Positions 52,144 to 62,844 of a stretch of DNA of 64,000 bases are shown piece by piece. The stretch is from an uncultured Clostridia bacterium. GTDB taxonomy: Bacteria; Bacillota; Clostridia; TANB77; CAG-508. Under the pieces are notes generated by a model, which had not been told where the DNA came from, did no database searches, and saw only the letters and a list, made by a program, of their open reading frames with translations. The DNA lies in the NCBI GenBank assembly GCA_947627295.1, contig CANQVJ010000001.1:200755-264754 (forward strand). Direction: 5' to 3'. The translations under genes were made by a program, and so were the position numbers. Within the stretch, counting starts at the first letter, position 1. Each line of letters opens with the position of its first letter.

Positions 52144-52166
52144 GGAGCGAAAATTTCGCTCCTTTA
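52144..52166. terminator. bidirectional intrinsic terminator
   Basis: ggagcgaaaatttcgctcc palindrome with flanking T/A runs. Confidence 0.6.
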
Positions 52167-52168
52167 AT

Positions 52169-53137
52169 TTATTCATTAACATCTGTATTTTCTTCTTCAG
52201 AAGTTTGCTTTGATTTTCTTGTACGCTTTTTCTTATTATCTGTAACAACTTCTTTTAATGAACCAATGCTACTTAAAGCACTTGTTGCTTCAAAAGGTAT
52301 GAATACTTTATTAGCTTCTCCGTCAGCAACTTTTTCAAGAGCTTCAAGAGATTTAAGTTGTACAAGTTTTTCGTCTGGATCTGATTGTTTAATTGCATCA
52401 TAAACTTTTTGAATTTCTTCAGCTTTAGCTTGAGCAACTTCACGAATAGCTTGAGCCTCACCAGAAGCGCGTCTTATACGAGATTCTTTATCAGCTTCAG
52501 CTTCAAGAATAGCTGCTTGTTTTTTACCTTCTGCAATAGTTATGCTTGATTGGCGTTGAGCTTCAGATTCAAGAATCATAGCTCTTTTATTTCTTTCTGC
52601 GTTCATTTCTTTTTCCATTGCATCACGAATATCTGCAGGTGGTGTAATATCTTTAATTTCAACTCTATCTATTTTACAACCCCATTTATCAGTTGCTTCA
52701 TCTAATACTATACGAAGTTTATCATTAATTCCGTCTCTTGAACTAAATGTTTCATCTAAATTCATTTTACCTATAATATCACGAATTGTAGTAATTGCAA
52801 GGTACTCAATACCTTTCTTTAAACTTTGAATTTCATATACAGCTTTTGCTGGATCCATTATTTGATAGAACACAACTGTATCTATTGTGATTGTAACATT
52901 ATCCTTTGTGATAACTCCTTGAGGTGGAACATCCATAGTTTGTTGTTTTAAGCTGACTACACTTCTAACTCTATCTATAAAAGGAATAATTATTGTTAAA
53001 CCTGCATCAGCTACTTTGTTGAACTTACCTAACCTTTCTATAATGTAAACCTCAGATTGTTTTACAATTTTAACAGAAGCAAATAATATAACTGCTAAAA
53101 CTACTAACAATACTATTAAAAATACTGACATTTTCAA
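52169..53137 (-). CDS. SPFH/band-7 (stomatin/prohibitin-like) membrane protein
   Basis: N-terminal TM followed by an SPFH domain (IIERLGKF ... TKDNV..ID) and a coiled-coil tail. Confidence 0.85.
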   Translation of the reverse strand: MKMSVFLIVLLVVLAVILFASVKIVKQSEVYIIERLGKFNKVADAGLTIIIPFIDRVRSVVSLKQQTMDVPPQGVITKDNVTITIDTVVFYQIMDPAKAVYEIQSLKKGIEYLAITTIRDIIGKMNLDETFSSRDGINDKLRIVLDEATDKWGCKIDRVEIKDITPPADIRDAMEKEMNAERNKRAMILESEAQRQSSITIAEGKKQAAILEAEADKESRIRRASGEAQAIREVAQAKAEEIQKVYDAIKQSDPDEKLVQLKSLEALEKVADGEANKVFIPFEATSALSSIGSLKEVVTDNKKKRTRKSKQTSEEENTDVNE

Positions 53138-53263
53138 CTTCCTCCTTAAAATAAATTAATTTTATTTAAAGCACTCTATCACTATTATACCATATTTTTA
53201 CTAAAAAGTGAATAGTTTTTGGCAAAAAAGTCAATGATACTAGGGAAGAGGGGGAAATTTGAA

Positions 53264-53389
53264 ATGGATAAAAAAGAAAAAAACAATTTTGTGCCAGAAA
53301 CTTTTCAGTGGGTGGAACCAGATGAACAGAAGAGAAGGGCAAGGGAATTAAACAATATTACAAAGAAAAAACAAAAAAATATTAGCAAG
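53264..53389 (+). CDS. possible small basic protein (41 aa)
   Basis: Strong RBS GAGGGGGAA 7 nt before the ATG; terminator hairpin (gtgctga-aaat-tcagcgc + TTTTT) at 53395-53418. Confidence 0.35.
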
Positions 53390-53456
53390 TAAAAGTGCTG
53401 AAAATCAGCGCTTTTTGAAATTTTCTCAAAAAAAACAAAAAAATTTGCAAAAAGGG

Positions 53457-53485
53457 GTTGAAAAAAATATTTTATGGGTGTATAA
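53457..53485 (+). promoter_or_regulatory. sigma-A promoter of the ctsR-mcsA-mcsB-clpC operon
   Basis: TTGAAA-N17-TATAAT. Confidence 0.6.
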
Positions 53486-53494
53486 TGTTTTTGA

Positions 53495-53511
53495 AAGTCA
53501 AAGAAAGTCAA
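53495..53511 (+). promoter_or_regulatory. CtsR operator (tandem heptad repeat)
   Basis: AGTCAAA-gaa-AGTCAAA matches the A/GGTCAAA-NAN-A/GGTCAAA consensus and sits immediately downstream of the -10; a third degenerate copy, AGTCGAAA, follows. Confidence 0.75.
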
Positions 53512-53533
53512 AGTCGAAAAGGAGATGATTTAA

Positions 53534-53982
53534 TTGAGAGTATCAGATATAATAGAAGCCTTTATAAAAGAAATGTTTGAAGATGAGCAAAATGATTTCA
53601 TTGAAATTAAAAGAAATGAACTTGCTGAACATTTCAATTGTGTACCTTCACAAATAAACTATGTAATATCAACAAGGTTTAAACCTTCGCAAGGATATTA
53701 TGTAGAAAGTAGGCGCCGGAGGGGGTCGGTAGCATCAGGATAAGAAAGGTTGCTACTACTAACGAAGAATACATTATGCATATAATAAATAATATAGGAA
53801 GTGAGCTAACAAACACAGAAGCAGATATTTTAATTAGTGATTTACTTTCATATTCATTGATTGATGCAAATATTGCAAAGCTTTTGAAGGTGGTTACAAA
53901 TGATAAGGTTTTGCAATTACCAACTAAACAATCTGATGAAGTTAGGGCAAGATTGTTTAAAAATATATTATTAAATATTTAA
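53534..53982 (+). CDS. ctsR: class III stress-gene repressor CtsR; TTG start; two in-frame CGG codons (53717, 53727) each followed by a +1 continuation
   Basis: The restored sequence ..YYVESRRGGGGSIRIRKV.. matches the CtsR glycine-rich loop. Confidence 0.85.
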
Positions 53983-53995
53983 GGAGGAGAGAATT

Positions 53996-54526
53996 ATGAA
54001 ATGCGATAATTGTGGAAAAAGAGAAGCAACTGTTAGATATAGCGAAAATATTAATGGAAGGAGAAGGGAATTAAACCTTTGTGAAAAATGTAGCCAAGAG
54101 CTTGGTATTGGAACAATGGATTTTAGTATGCCAATGAATTTTTCAAGTTTCTTTTCAGGGATGTTGGATGAATTTGAAAATTCGGATATGCTTCCAATGT
54201 TTGATACAGTAAAACAAGTAAAATGCAAGAGCTGTGGATATACATTAGAAGATATTTTAGATTCAGGAAAATTTGGATGTGCCAATTGTTATGATACTTT
54301 TGAATCAAGGCTTGACCCAATAATTAGAAAGATTCAAGGTTCAAATAAACATATAGGAAGACTTGGAAAGGTTACAAAACATAGAGTTGAAAAACCTTCT
54401 AAAAAAGCAGAAGTAAAAGATGAAACAGAAGATTTAAAAGCAAAATTAAAACAAGCAATTAAAGAAGAAAGATATGAAGATGCGGCAAAATTAAGAGATG
54501 AAATAGCAAAAAAGGAGGGCAAATAA
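53996..54526 (+). CDS. mcsA: protein-arginine kinase activator McsA
   Basis: N-terminal CxxC zinc-finger pairs and a C-terminal UVR motif (EERYEDAAKLRDEI). Confidence 0.88.
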   Translation: MKCDNCGKREATVRYSENINGRRRELNLCEKCSQELGIGTMDFSMPMNFSSFFSGMLDEFENSDMLPMFDTVKQVKCKSCGYTLEDILDSGKFGCANCYDTFESRLDPIIRKIQGSNKHIGRLGKVTKHRVEKPSKKAEVKDETEDLKAKLKQAIKEERYEDAAKLRDEIAKKEGK

Positions 54527-54527
54527 T

Positions 54528-55518
54528 ATGAATTGGTATTTACAAAGTGGAAAAGAATCAGATGTTGCTTTTAGTTCAAAGGTTGAACTTGCAAGAAATG
54601 TAAATGGATATGTATTTGAATTACAAAATCCAAATCAAATTGAAAGTTTAGAAAATAAAATTAAAGAAAATTTATTTAATATAGGATATAATTTAAAATT
54701 CCTAAAATTAAAAGATATGGATGAAGTTAGTGTTCAAAGCCTTGTTGAAAAGGGGCTAATTAGCAAAAGCTTTGCAGAAAACAAAAGGGATATCGGTTCG
54801 ATTTTAATTAATGAAGATGAAAATATTTGTATTGAAATAAATGGAGAGAACCATTTAAATATTCAAGTTTTTGCAAGTGGGCTTGATTTAAAAAATGTAA
54901 TAAAACTTGCTCAGGAAATAGATGCAAAAATTGGAGAAAATATTGAATATGCAGTTAGCCAAAAATATGGATTCTTAACAAGAGGTTTTGAAAATATAGG
55001 AACAGGTTTAAATGCAACAATTAAGTTATATTTGCCAGCTCTTGCTAAAACTAGAAATGCAAGAAAATTATTGGGCATTGTTTCAAGCTTAGGAGTTGAA
55101 AGTATTGCAAAAAATGGAGATATTTATGAAATTACAAACCAAAAAACTTTAGGTGTTACAGAGCAAGAAATTATTTCAAACTTACACCTTGTTGCTGAAA
55201 AGATTATTTCTCAAGAGCGTGAAGCTAGAAAAATACTTGAAGAAAATGAAATTGAATTAGAAGATAGAGTTTATAGAAGTTATGGCGTTTTATCAAATTG
55301 TAGAAAAATAAGTTCAAGAGAAGCATATAAACTATTATCAGATGTTAAGCTAGGTGTAGATATTGGAATACTTAAAGAACTTACAGATTTAAAAATTATG
55401 AAACTATATCTATATACAAATCCAGCAAATTTACAAAAATACACACGGAAACCAAATGGACAAACTGGAAAGAAATATTAAAAGAGCAGAGGTCATTAAA
55501 GAAATTATAAAAAGTTAG
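54528..55518 (+). CDS. mcsB: protein-arginine kinase McsB; in-frame CGG at 55446-55448 with a +1 C-terminus
   Basis: Phosphagen-kinase-like domain. The 0 frame ends ..KYTRKPNGQTGKKY* at 55481. The +1 frame gives ..KYTGNQMDKLERNIKRAEVIKEIIKS* and ends in the clpC RBS. Confidence 0.8.
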
Positions 55519-55530
55519 GAGGAAATTATT

Positions 55531-57966
55531 ATGATGTACACATTTACAAATAGAGCAAAAAAGGCATTGGATATTGCAAACGAATTGGCAAGCGAATTTG
55601 GCCACAGGTATATTGGAACAGAACACATCCTTTATGGCTTATCAGCAGAAGGTGGGGGAGTGGCAGGTAATGTTTTAGAACGACAAAAAATCGACCCTGA
55701 AGAAATTGCCAGCAAAATAGAAGAATACATTGGTAAAGACGACCCAATTGAAGAAACTTTTGGATTTACACCAAGAACAAAAAGAGTTATAGAAATAGCA
55801 TTTATTGAAGCTAAAAAACTTGGTTACAACTATATTGGAACAGAGCATCTATTAATTGCAATATTAAGGGAAGCAGATAGTGTAGCAGCTAGAATTTTAG
55901 TTGATTTAGGTGTTAATGTTGGAAAACTATTTAATGACATTGTAAATGTAATAAATGAAAGTGAAGATATGTCAGGAAATGGTATGGATTCAAGAGAAAC
56001 AACCAGTGGAAAGGGCAGCTATAATGCAACTCAAACTCTAAACCAATTTGGAGAAGATTTAACTAAAAAAGCTAAAGAAGGAAAGCTTGACCCAATAGTT
56101 GGAAGGTCAGAAGAAATTGCAAGAGTTATACAAATACTTTCAAGAAGAACTAAAAACAATCCTTGTTTGATTGGTGAACCAGGTGTTGGTAAAACTGCAA
56201 TTGTTGAAGGATTGGCACAAAAGGTAGAAAGTGGAGATGTACCTGAAATATTAAAAGATAAGAGAGTTGTAACACTTGATATATCTGGTATGGTAGCAGG
56301 TGCAAAATATAGAGGAGATTTTGAAGAGAGAATTAAAAAGGCATTAAATGAAGTAAAAAAAGCAGGAGATGTTATCCTATTTATTGACGAAATTCATACA
56401 ATTGTTGGTGCAGGTGCAGCAGAAGGTGCAATTGATGCAGCAAACATTTTAAAACCATTACTTGCAAGAGGAGAAATTCAACTTGTAGGTGCAACTACAA
56501 TTAATGAATATAGAAAATATATTGAAAAAGATGCAGCACTTGAAAGAAGGTTTAGCCCAGTTACAGTTGACGAGCCTTCTGAAAAAGATACAATAACAAT
56601 TTTAAAAGGCATTAGAGATAAATATGAAGCTCACCACAATGTTAAGATAACAGATAATGCAATTGAGGCAGCCGTTCAGATGTCGAATAGATATATAAAT
56701 GATAGGTTCTTACCAGATAAAGCAATTGATTTAATTGACGAAGCGGCTTCAAGAGCTAGATTAAAAACATTTACTGAACCAAAGAGTTTAAAAGATATAC
56801 AAGCTAAAATTGACGATATACAAAAAGATAAGGAAGAAGCTGTTAGAGCTCAAAAGTTCGAAAAGGCGGCAAAATTAAGAGATAAAGAAAATGAGTTAAA
56901 AGATAAATATAAAACAGAACAAAACAAATGGAAAAATAAAAATACAAAATCAGTTACAAATATCACAGAAGAAAACATTGCAGAAGTTATTTCAACTTGG
57001 ACAGGAATTCCTGCAAAGAAAATCACAGAAGACGAAAATGAAAAATTAAAAAATCTTGAAAGCAATTTGCATAAAAGAGTAATTGGCCAAAACGAAGCTG
57101 TTGAAGCAGTTGCTAAAGCAATAAAAAGAGGAAGAGTAGGTTTAAAAGACCCAAACAGACCTATTGGTTCGTTCTTATTCATGGGACCAACAGGTGTTGG
57201 TAAAACAGAGCTTTCAAAAGCTTTGGCAGAATGCCTATTTGGCGACGAAAACGCAATGATAAGGGTGGATATGTCTGAATATATGGAAGGACATTCTGTA
57301 TCTAAATTAATTGGTTCGCCTCCAGGATATGTTGGTTTTGAAGAAGGTGGACAACTAACAGAAAAAATTAGAAGAAAGCCTTATTCAGTAATTCTATTTG
57401 ACGAAATCGAAAAGGCCCACCCAGATGTTATGAACATAATGCTTCAAATATTGGAAGACGGAAGATTAACAGACGCACAGGGTCGTACAGTCAATTTTAA
57501 AAATACAGTAATTATAATGACTTCAAACATTGGTGCACGCTTAATTACAGAAAAGAAATCTCTAGGATTTACAACAAGTAGCAAAGACGATTATGAAGAT
57601 ACAAAAAAAGAAGTTTTGGCAGAATTAAAAAAAGAGTTAAGACCAGAATTTATAAATCGTATTGATGAAATAATAGTATTCCACAAACTTACAGACGAAG
57701 AAATTAGTGCAATTATGGATATACTTTTAGAGAAAGTATTAAAGCGTTTAGAAGATCAAAGATATATTTTAGAGCTAAAACCTGAAGTAAAAAAATTACT
57801 TGCTAGCAAAGGTGTTGATAAAGCATATGGTGCAAGACCTCTTAGAAGAACAATTCAAAATATGCTTGAAGATAGGTTGGCAGAGGCAATTTTAGATAAA
57901 AAACTTGTAAAAGATAAACCAGCAATAGTTTCTGTAAAAAACGAAAAAATTACTCTTGACAATTAG
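55531..57966 (+). CDS. clpC: ATP-dependent Clp protease ATP-binding subunit ClpC
   Basis: Clp N-domain repeats, two AAA+ modules (GEPGVGKT, GPTGVGKT) and a UVR motif. Confidence 0.95.
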   Translation: MMYTFTNRAKKALDIANELASEFGHRYIGTEHILYGLSAEGGGVAGNVLERQKIDPEEIASKIEEYIGKDDPIEETFGFTPRTKRVIEIAFIEAKKLGYNYIGTEHLLIAILREADSVAARILVDLGVNVGKLFNDIVNVINESEDMSGNGMDSRETTSGKGSYNATQTLNQFGEDLTKKAKEGKLDPIVGRSEEIARVIQILSRRTKNNPCLIGEPGVGKTAIVEGLAQKVESGDVPEILKDKRVVTLDISGMVAGAKYRGDFEERIKKALNEVKKAGDVILFIDEIHTIVGAGAAEGAIDAANILKPLLARGEIQLVGATTINEYRKYIEKDAALERRFSPVTVDEPSEKDTITILKGIRDKYEAHHNVKITDNAIEAAVQMSNRYINDRFLPDKAIDLIDEAASRARLKTFTEPKSLKDIQAKIDDIQKDKEEAVRAQKFEKAAKLRDKENELKDKYKTEQNKWKNKNTKSVTNITEENIAEVISTWTGIPAKKITEDENEKLKNLESNLHKRVIGQNEAVEAVAKAIKRGRVGLKDPNRPIGSFLFMGPTGVGKTELSKALAECLFGDENAMIRVDMSEYMEGHSVSKLIGSPPGYVGFEEGGQLTEKIRRKPYSVILFDEIEKAHPDVMNIMLQILEDGRLTDAQGRTVNFKNTVIIMTSNIGARLITEKKSLGFTTSSKDDYEDTKKEVLAELKKELRPEFINRIDEIIVFHKLTDEEISAIMDILLEKVLKRLEDQRYILELKPEVKKLLASKGVDKAYGARPLRRTIQNMLEDRLAEAILDKKLVKDKPAIVSVKNEKITLDN

Positions 57967-58003
57967 TCCTTAATATGAAAAAATATACACGAGGTGATAA
58001 AGG

Positions 58004-58462
58004 ATGAAAAAAAGAGGATTTGAAATAGCAAAAGGTTTTGAGAACAAAGGTATAAATTTGCCAGTAAGAAAAACTAAATATTCTGCAGGATATGATGTAG
58101 AAGCAGCAGAAGATTGCGTTGTGCCAGCATTTAAGCCAGGCCAAAAACCAACTCTAATAAAAACAGGAATAAAAGCATATATGCAAGATGATGAAGTATT
58201 AATGATTTATAACAGAAGCTCAAACCCTAAAAAGAAAGGTCTTGTTTTATGCAACAGTGTTGGAGTAATAGACAAAGATTATTATGGAAATCCAGATAAT
58301 GACGGACACATAATGTATGCGTTTTATAATGTAAAAGAAGAAGATATTGAAATAAAAAAGGGTGAAGCAATAGGCCAAGCAATATTCCAAAAGTATTTAG
58401 TTACAGATGATGATGTTGCTGAAGGTGAGCGATTAGGTGGCTTTGGTTCAACAAATAAATAA
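58004..58462 (+). CDS. dut: dUTP diphosphatase
   Basis: Trimeric dUTPase motifs AGYD, RSS..KKGL and GVID.DY.G. Confidence 0.85.
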   Translation: MKKRGFEIAKGFENKGINLPVRKTKYSAGYDVEAAEDCVVPAFKPGQKPTLIKTGIKAYMQDDEVLMIYNRSSNPKKKGLVLCNSVGVIDKDYYGNPDNDGHIMYAFYNVKEEDIEIKKGEAIGQAIFQKYLVTDDDVAEGERLGGFGSTNK

Positions 58463-58484
58463 TAAACAAAAAGCAAAGAATATC

Positions 58485-58520
58485 AGAAAACAATCTGGTA
58501 TTCTTTTTTTGGAAATAATT
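58485..58520 (+). terminator. intrinsic terminator after dut
   Basis: agaatatcag-N8-ctggtattct followed by a 7-T run. Confidence 0.5.
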
Positions 58521-58545
58521 GTATGAAAAAAATTGACGAAAATTG

Positions 58546-58574
58546 TTGAAAAAAATAAAGAATTATGGTAAAAT
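58546..58574 (+). promoter_or_regulatory. sigma-A promoter of the polysaccharide locus
   Basis: TTGAAA-N17-TAAAAT. Confidence 0.5.
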
Positions 58575-58610
58575 TGCTAGTAGTGAATATAAGGTGAGGG
58601 GAAGGAAAAA

Positions 58611-59320
58611 ATGAATATCAAAGAAACTGTTATAGATGCAGAGCTTACAAATTCATTAATACCAATAAATACATATCAAGCAAAATTAAATATCAAACAA
58701 AAAATGTGTTGCATTATAAAAAGAGGTTTAGATATTTTAGCAGGTTTAGTAGGAGCAGTTATATTAGTTCCATTAACACTTGCAATATACATAGCACACA
58801 AAATAACAAAAGATGAGCGGACCAATTTTTTATAACCAATACAGAATAGGGAAGAATGGTAAGCCATTTAAAATGTATAAGTTCAGAACCATGGTAATAA
58901 ATGCAGATGAAGAGTTAGAAAAGTATTTAGCAGAAAATGAAGAAATGAAAGAAGAATACACTACATACAAAAAATTAAGAAACGACCCAAGGATAACAAA
59001 AATAGGAAATTTTTTAAGAAATACGAGTTTAGACGAGGTTCCTCAATTAATAAATGTATTAAAGGGTGAACTTACTTTAGTACGGACCACGCCCATACAT
59101 GCTAAGAGAAAAAGACGATATGGGAAGTTACTATAACCACATCATTAGATGCAAACCAGGAATAACTGGCTTATGGCAAATAAGAGGAAGAAACAACATA
59201 ACCTTTGACGAAAGGGTTAGGCTAGAAACATTTTATGTAATGAATAACTCATTAAAATCAGATATAAGAATTTTGCTACACACAGCAAAAATAGTACTAA
59301 AAAAAGAAGGAGCAGTTTAA
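58611..59320 (+). CDS. bacterial sugar transferase (small priming phosphoglycosyltransferase, CpsE/WbaP C-domain type); two in-frame CGG codons (58818, 59083) each followed by a +1 continuation
   Basis: Restored ..KDEGPIFYNQYRIGKNGKPFKMYKFRTM.. and ..ELTLVGPRPYMLRE..GITGLWQI.., the Bac_transf hallmarks. Confidence 0.85.
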
Positions 59321-60547
59321 TTGAAAATATTACTAGTAAATAAATTTCATTACCTAAAAGGCGGAAGTGAAAAATACTATTTTGAATTAGGACAATTATT
59401 AAAAGAAAAAGGTCATGAAGTAGCATATTTTTCAATGCAAGATGAAAAGAATATAAAAACAAATTGTAAAGAATATTTTGTTGAACCAATAGATTTAAAT
59501 ACAGGAAGTAAATTAAAAGCACTTGATGTAATTTACAGTAAGAAAAATAAAGAAAAAATGGAACAAGCATTAGAAGAATTCAAACCTGACATTGTTCATT
59601 TAAATAATTTTCAAAGACAACTATCAGCATCTATTATAGAACCAATAAAGAAAAGAAATATACCAATAGTTTATACAGCACATGATGTACAAGCAATATG
59701 CCCTGCAATACTTATGTTAGATAGTAACAAAAATATATGTGAAAAATGCAAAGGCGGAAAATACATAAATTGTATAAAAGGTAAATGTGTAAAAAATTCA
59801 GGATTAAAAAGTATATTAGGAGCAATAGAGGGAAGATATTATAGAAACAAAAAAATATACACAAAGCAAATAGATAAAATAATTACACCAAGTAAATTTT
59901 ATAAAACAAAAATGATAGAAGACGAAATATCAAAAGAAAAAATAGAAGCACTACATAACTTTATAAATATAGAAGAATACAACATAAAAACTCAAGACAA
60001 AGGTTATGGAGTATATGTAGGAAGACTCTCTAAAGAAAAAGGAATATTTAATTTATTAGAAAGTATTAAGAAAATAGAAAATGCAAAATTCAAAATAGCA
60101 GGTACAGGACCAGAAGAAAAAGAAATAAAGAGCTATATAAAAGAAAACAAGTTAAAAGATAAAGTAGAATTGTTAGGATTTTTAGATAAGGAAAAAGTAA
60201 AAGAACTAATAAGCAATTCCACATTTGTAGTAACACCTTCTATATGGTATGAAAATTGCCCATATTCAGTAATGGAAACATTGGCAATAGGAAAACCAGT
60301 AATAGGAGCAAACATAGGCGGAATACCAGAGCTAGTAAAAAATGAAGTTAATGGATTAACATATGAATTCAATAATGTAGAAGAACTAGCAAGCAAAATG
60401 AAACAATTATTTGAAAATGAAAAGCTATCAAAAGAGTATGGAAAAAAGGCAAAACAAATGGCAACTGAGTTATATTCACAAGAAGAATATTACAAAGAAA
60501 TAATCAATATATACGAAAGTTTAATCAAGGAGAAGAAAAATGGCTGA
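59321..60547 (+). CDS. glycosyltransferase family 4
   Basis: GT-B fold with the E-x7-E region; probable TTG start. Confidence 0.8.
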   Translation: MKILLVNKFHYLKGGSEKYYFELGQLLKEKGHEVAYFSMQDEKNIKTNCKEYFVEPIDLNTGSKLKALDVIYSKKNKEKMEQALEEFKPDIVHLNNFQRQLSASIIEPIKKRNIPIVYTAHDVQAICPAILMLDSNKNICEKCKGGKYINCIKGKCVKNSGLKSILGAIEGRYYRNKKIYTKQIDKIITPSKFYKTKMIEDEISKEKIEALHNFINIEEYNIKTQDKGYGVYVGRLSKEKGIFNLLESIKKIENAKFKIAGTGPEEKEIKSYIKENKLKDKVELLGFLDKEKVKELISNSTFVVTPSIWYENCPYSVMETLAIGKPVIGANIGGIPELVKNEVNGLTYEFNNVEELASKMKQLFENEKLSKEYGKKAKQMATELYSQEEYYKEIINIYESLIKEKKNG

Positions 60548-61676
60548 GAAAAAATTAAATGGAACAGTTATTGTTACATATAGATGTAATGCAAAATGCA
60601 CAATGTGTAACAGATATAAAGCACCTTCAAAACCAGAAGAAGAAATAAGTATAGAAACAATAAAAAAACTACCAAAAATGTATTTTACAAACATAACAGG
60701 TGGAGAACCATTTATAAGAGAAGATTTATCAGAAATAGTAAGGGAGCTATATAAAAAATCAGATAGAATAGTAATTTCAACAAATGGATTTTTTACAGAT
60801 AGAATAATAAAGCTATGTGAAGAATTCCCAAATGTAGGAATAAGAATTTCAATAGAAGGTTTAGAAGAAACAAATAACAAAATAAGAGGATTAGAAGACG
60901 GATATAACAAAGGTTATTCAACATTAAAAAAACTAGTAGAAATGAAACATCCTGATGTAGGTTTTGGTATGACAGTACAAGATGCAAATGCAAAAGACTT
61001 AGTTCTATTATATAAAAAATCAAATGAATTAAATATGGAATTTGCAACAGCTTCATTACATAACAGTTTTTACTTTGTAGAATCAAAAAACATAATAAAA
61101 GATAGATTAATGGTAGCACAAGAATTTGAAAACTTAATAAATGAATTATTAAAATCAAATTCACCAAAGAAATGGTTTAGAGCATATTTCAATCATGGAT
61201 TAATAAATTACATATTTGGACAAAAAAGATTATTACCATGTGATATGGCATTTGATACATTTTTTATAGATCCATATGGAGATGTAATGCCATGTAATGG
61301 AACAAAAGAAAAAGAAGTAATGGGAAATCTAAATAATGAAACATGGGAAGAACTATGGAATTCAAATCAAGCAGAAGAAGTAAGGAAAAAGGTAAGACAT
61401 TGTGATAGGCAATGTTGGATGATAGGTTCAGTAAGCCCAGCAATGCACAAATATATATGGAAACCAGCAACATGGGTAATAAAACATAAATTTCTAAACT
61501 TCTATAAAAAGAAAAAATACTCAATGTATGAAAATAAAATTGTTCAAGACTACAAAGAAGGCAAAGTAACAAAAGAAGAATTAGATAAATGCTCAACATG
61601 TGATTTAAATTGTGTTGCACAAGACGGATTATCAGAAGAATCCAAAAAAGCAATAAGTAAAGCAAAAGGAAATTAA
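60540..61676 (+). CDS. radical SAM domain protein (SPASM-like C-terminal cysteines)
   Basis: CNAKCTMCN (Cx3Cx2C) near the N-terminus; additional C-terminal CxxC/CxxxC clusters. Confidence 0.75.
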   Translation: MAEKKLNGTVIVTYRCNAKCTMCNRYKAPSKPEEEISIETIKKLPKMYFTNITGGEPFIREDLSEIVRELYKKSDRIVISTNGFFTDRIIKLCEEFPNVGIRISIEGLEETNNKIRGLEDGYNKGYSTLKKLVEMKHPDVGFGMTVQDANAKDLVLLYKKSNELNMEFATASLHNSFYFVESKNIIKDRLMVAQEFENLINELLKSNSPKKWFRAYFNHGLINYIFGQKRLLPCDMAFDTFFIDPYGDVMPCNGTKEKEVMGNLNNETWEELWNSNQAEEVRKKVRHCDRQCWMIGSVSPAMHKYIWKPATWVIKHKFLNFYKKKKYSMYENKIVQDYKEGKVTKEELDKCSTCDLNCVAQDGLSEESKKAISKAKGN

Positions 61677-61679
61677 AAA

Positions 61680-62844
61680 ATGAAAATAGCAATGATAGGT
61701 CATAAAAGAATACCTTCAAGAGAAGGTGGAGTTGAAGTTGTAGTAGAACAACTCTCAACACGGACTAGTAAAAAAAGGACATCAAGTAGATGTGTATAAC
61801 AGAAAAGGTAAAAATGTACAAGATAAAAATGCAGATAAACAAAACAAAAAGCTAAAAGAATATAAAGGAGTAAAAATAATAACAATACCTACAATAAACA
61901 AAAAAGGATTAGATGCTTTTATTTATTCTTTTTTTGCGAGTGTGAAAGCAGTATTCAAAAAATATGATGTTATACATTATCATGCAGAAGGTTCATGTGC
62001 AATGCTATGGATACCACATTTATTTAGAAAGAAAATAGTAGTAACAATACACGGTTTAGATTGGCAACGCTCAAAGTGGGGTGGATTTGCAACAAAGTAT
62101 ATAAAGTTTGGAGAAAAACAAGCAGTAAAATATGCAGATAAAATAATAGTATTATCAAAAGATGTACAAAAATATTTTAAAGATACATATAACAAAGAAA
62201 CATATTTTATTCAAAATGGAGTTAATAAGCCAACAATAAGAAAACCACAAATCATAAAAGAAAAATACAATTTAAACAAAGAAGAATACATATTATTTTT
62301 AGCAAGAATAGTACCAGAAAAAGGTTTGCACTATTTGTTAGATGCTTTTAAGAAAATTGATACAAACAAAAAATTAGTAATAGCAGGTGGAGCAAGCCAT
62401 ACAAATAGTTACTTAGAAGAAATAAAGAAAAAAGCAAAAGAAGATAAAAGAGTAATAATGACAGGCTTTGTACAAGGTCAAGAACTAGAAGAATTATATA
62501 GCAATTGTTATTTATATTGTTTACCAAGTGATGTAGAAGGTATGCCAATTTCATTACTTGAAGCAATGAGTTATGGAAGAACATGTTTGGTAAGTAACAT
62601 TGAAGAAAATACACAAGTAATAGAAAAATACGGATATTCCTTTAAAAAAGGAAATACAAAAGATTTACAAAAACAATTAGAAACATTACTAAAAAACAAA
62701 AAAGAAGAAACAAAACAAATACAAGAATACATTTTAAAAAAATATAATTGGGAAAACATCATAACCCAAACAGAAAAGTTATATAAAAAAGAAATATTTG
62801 GAAAGGAAAGAAAAAATGAAAGAGGGTACTTCAAAAAGAAATAA
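61680..62844 (+). CDS. glycosyltransferase family 4; in-frame CGG at 61761-61763 followed by a +1 continuation
   Basis: The 0 frame gives MKIAMIGHKRIPSREGGVEVVVEQLSTRTSKKRTSSRCV*. The +1 frame continues ..TGLVKKGHQVDVYNRKG.. into the 61792-62844 ORF. Confidence 0.85.
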
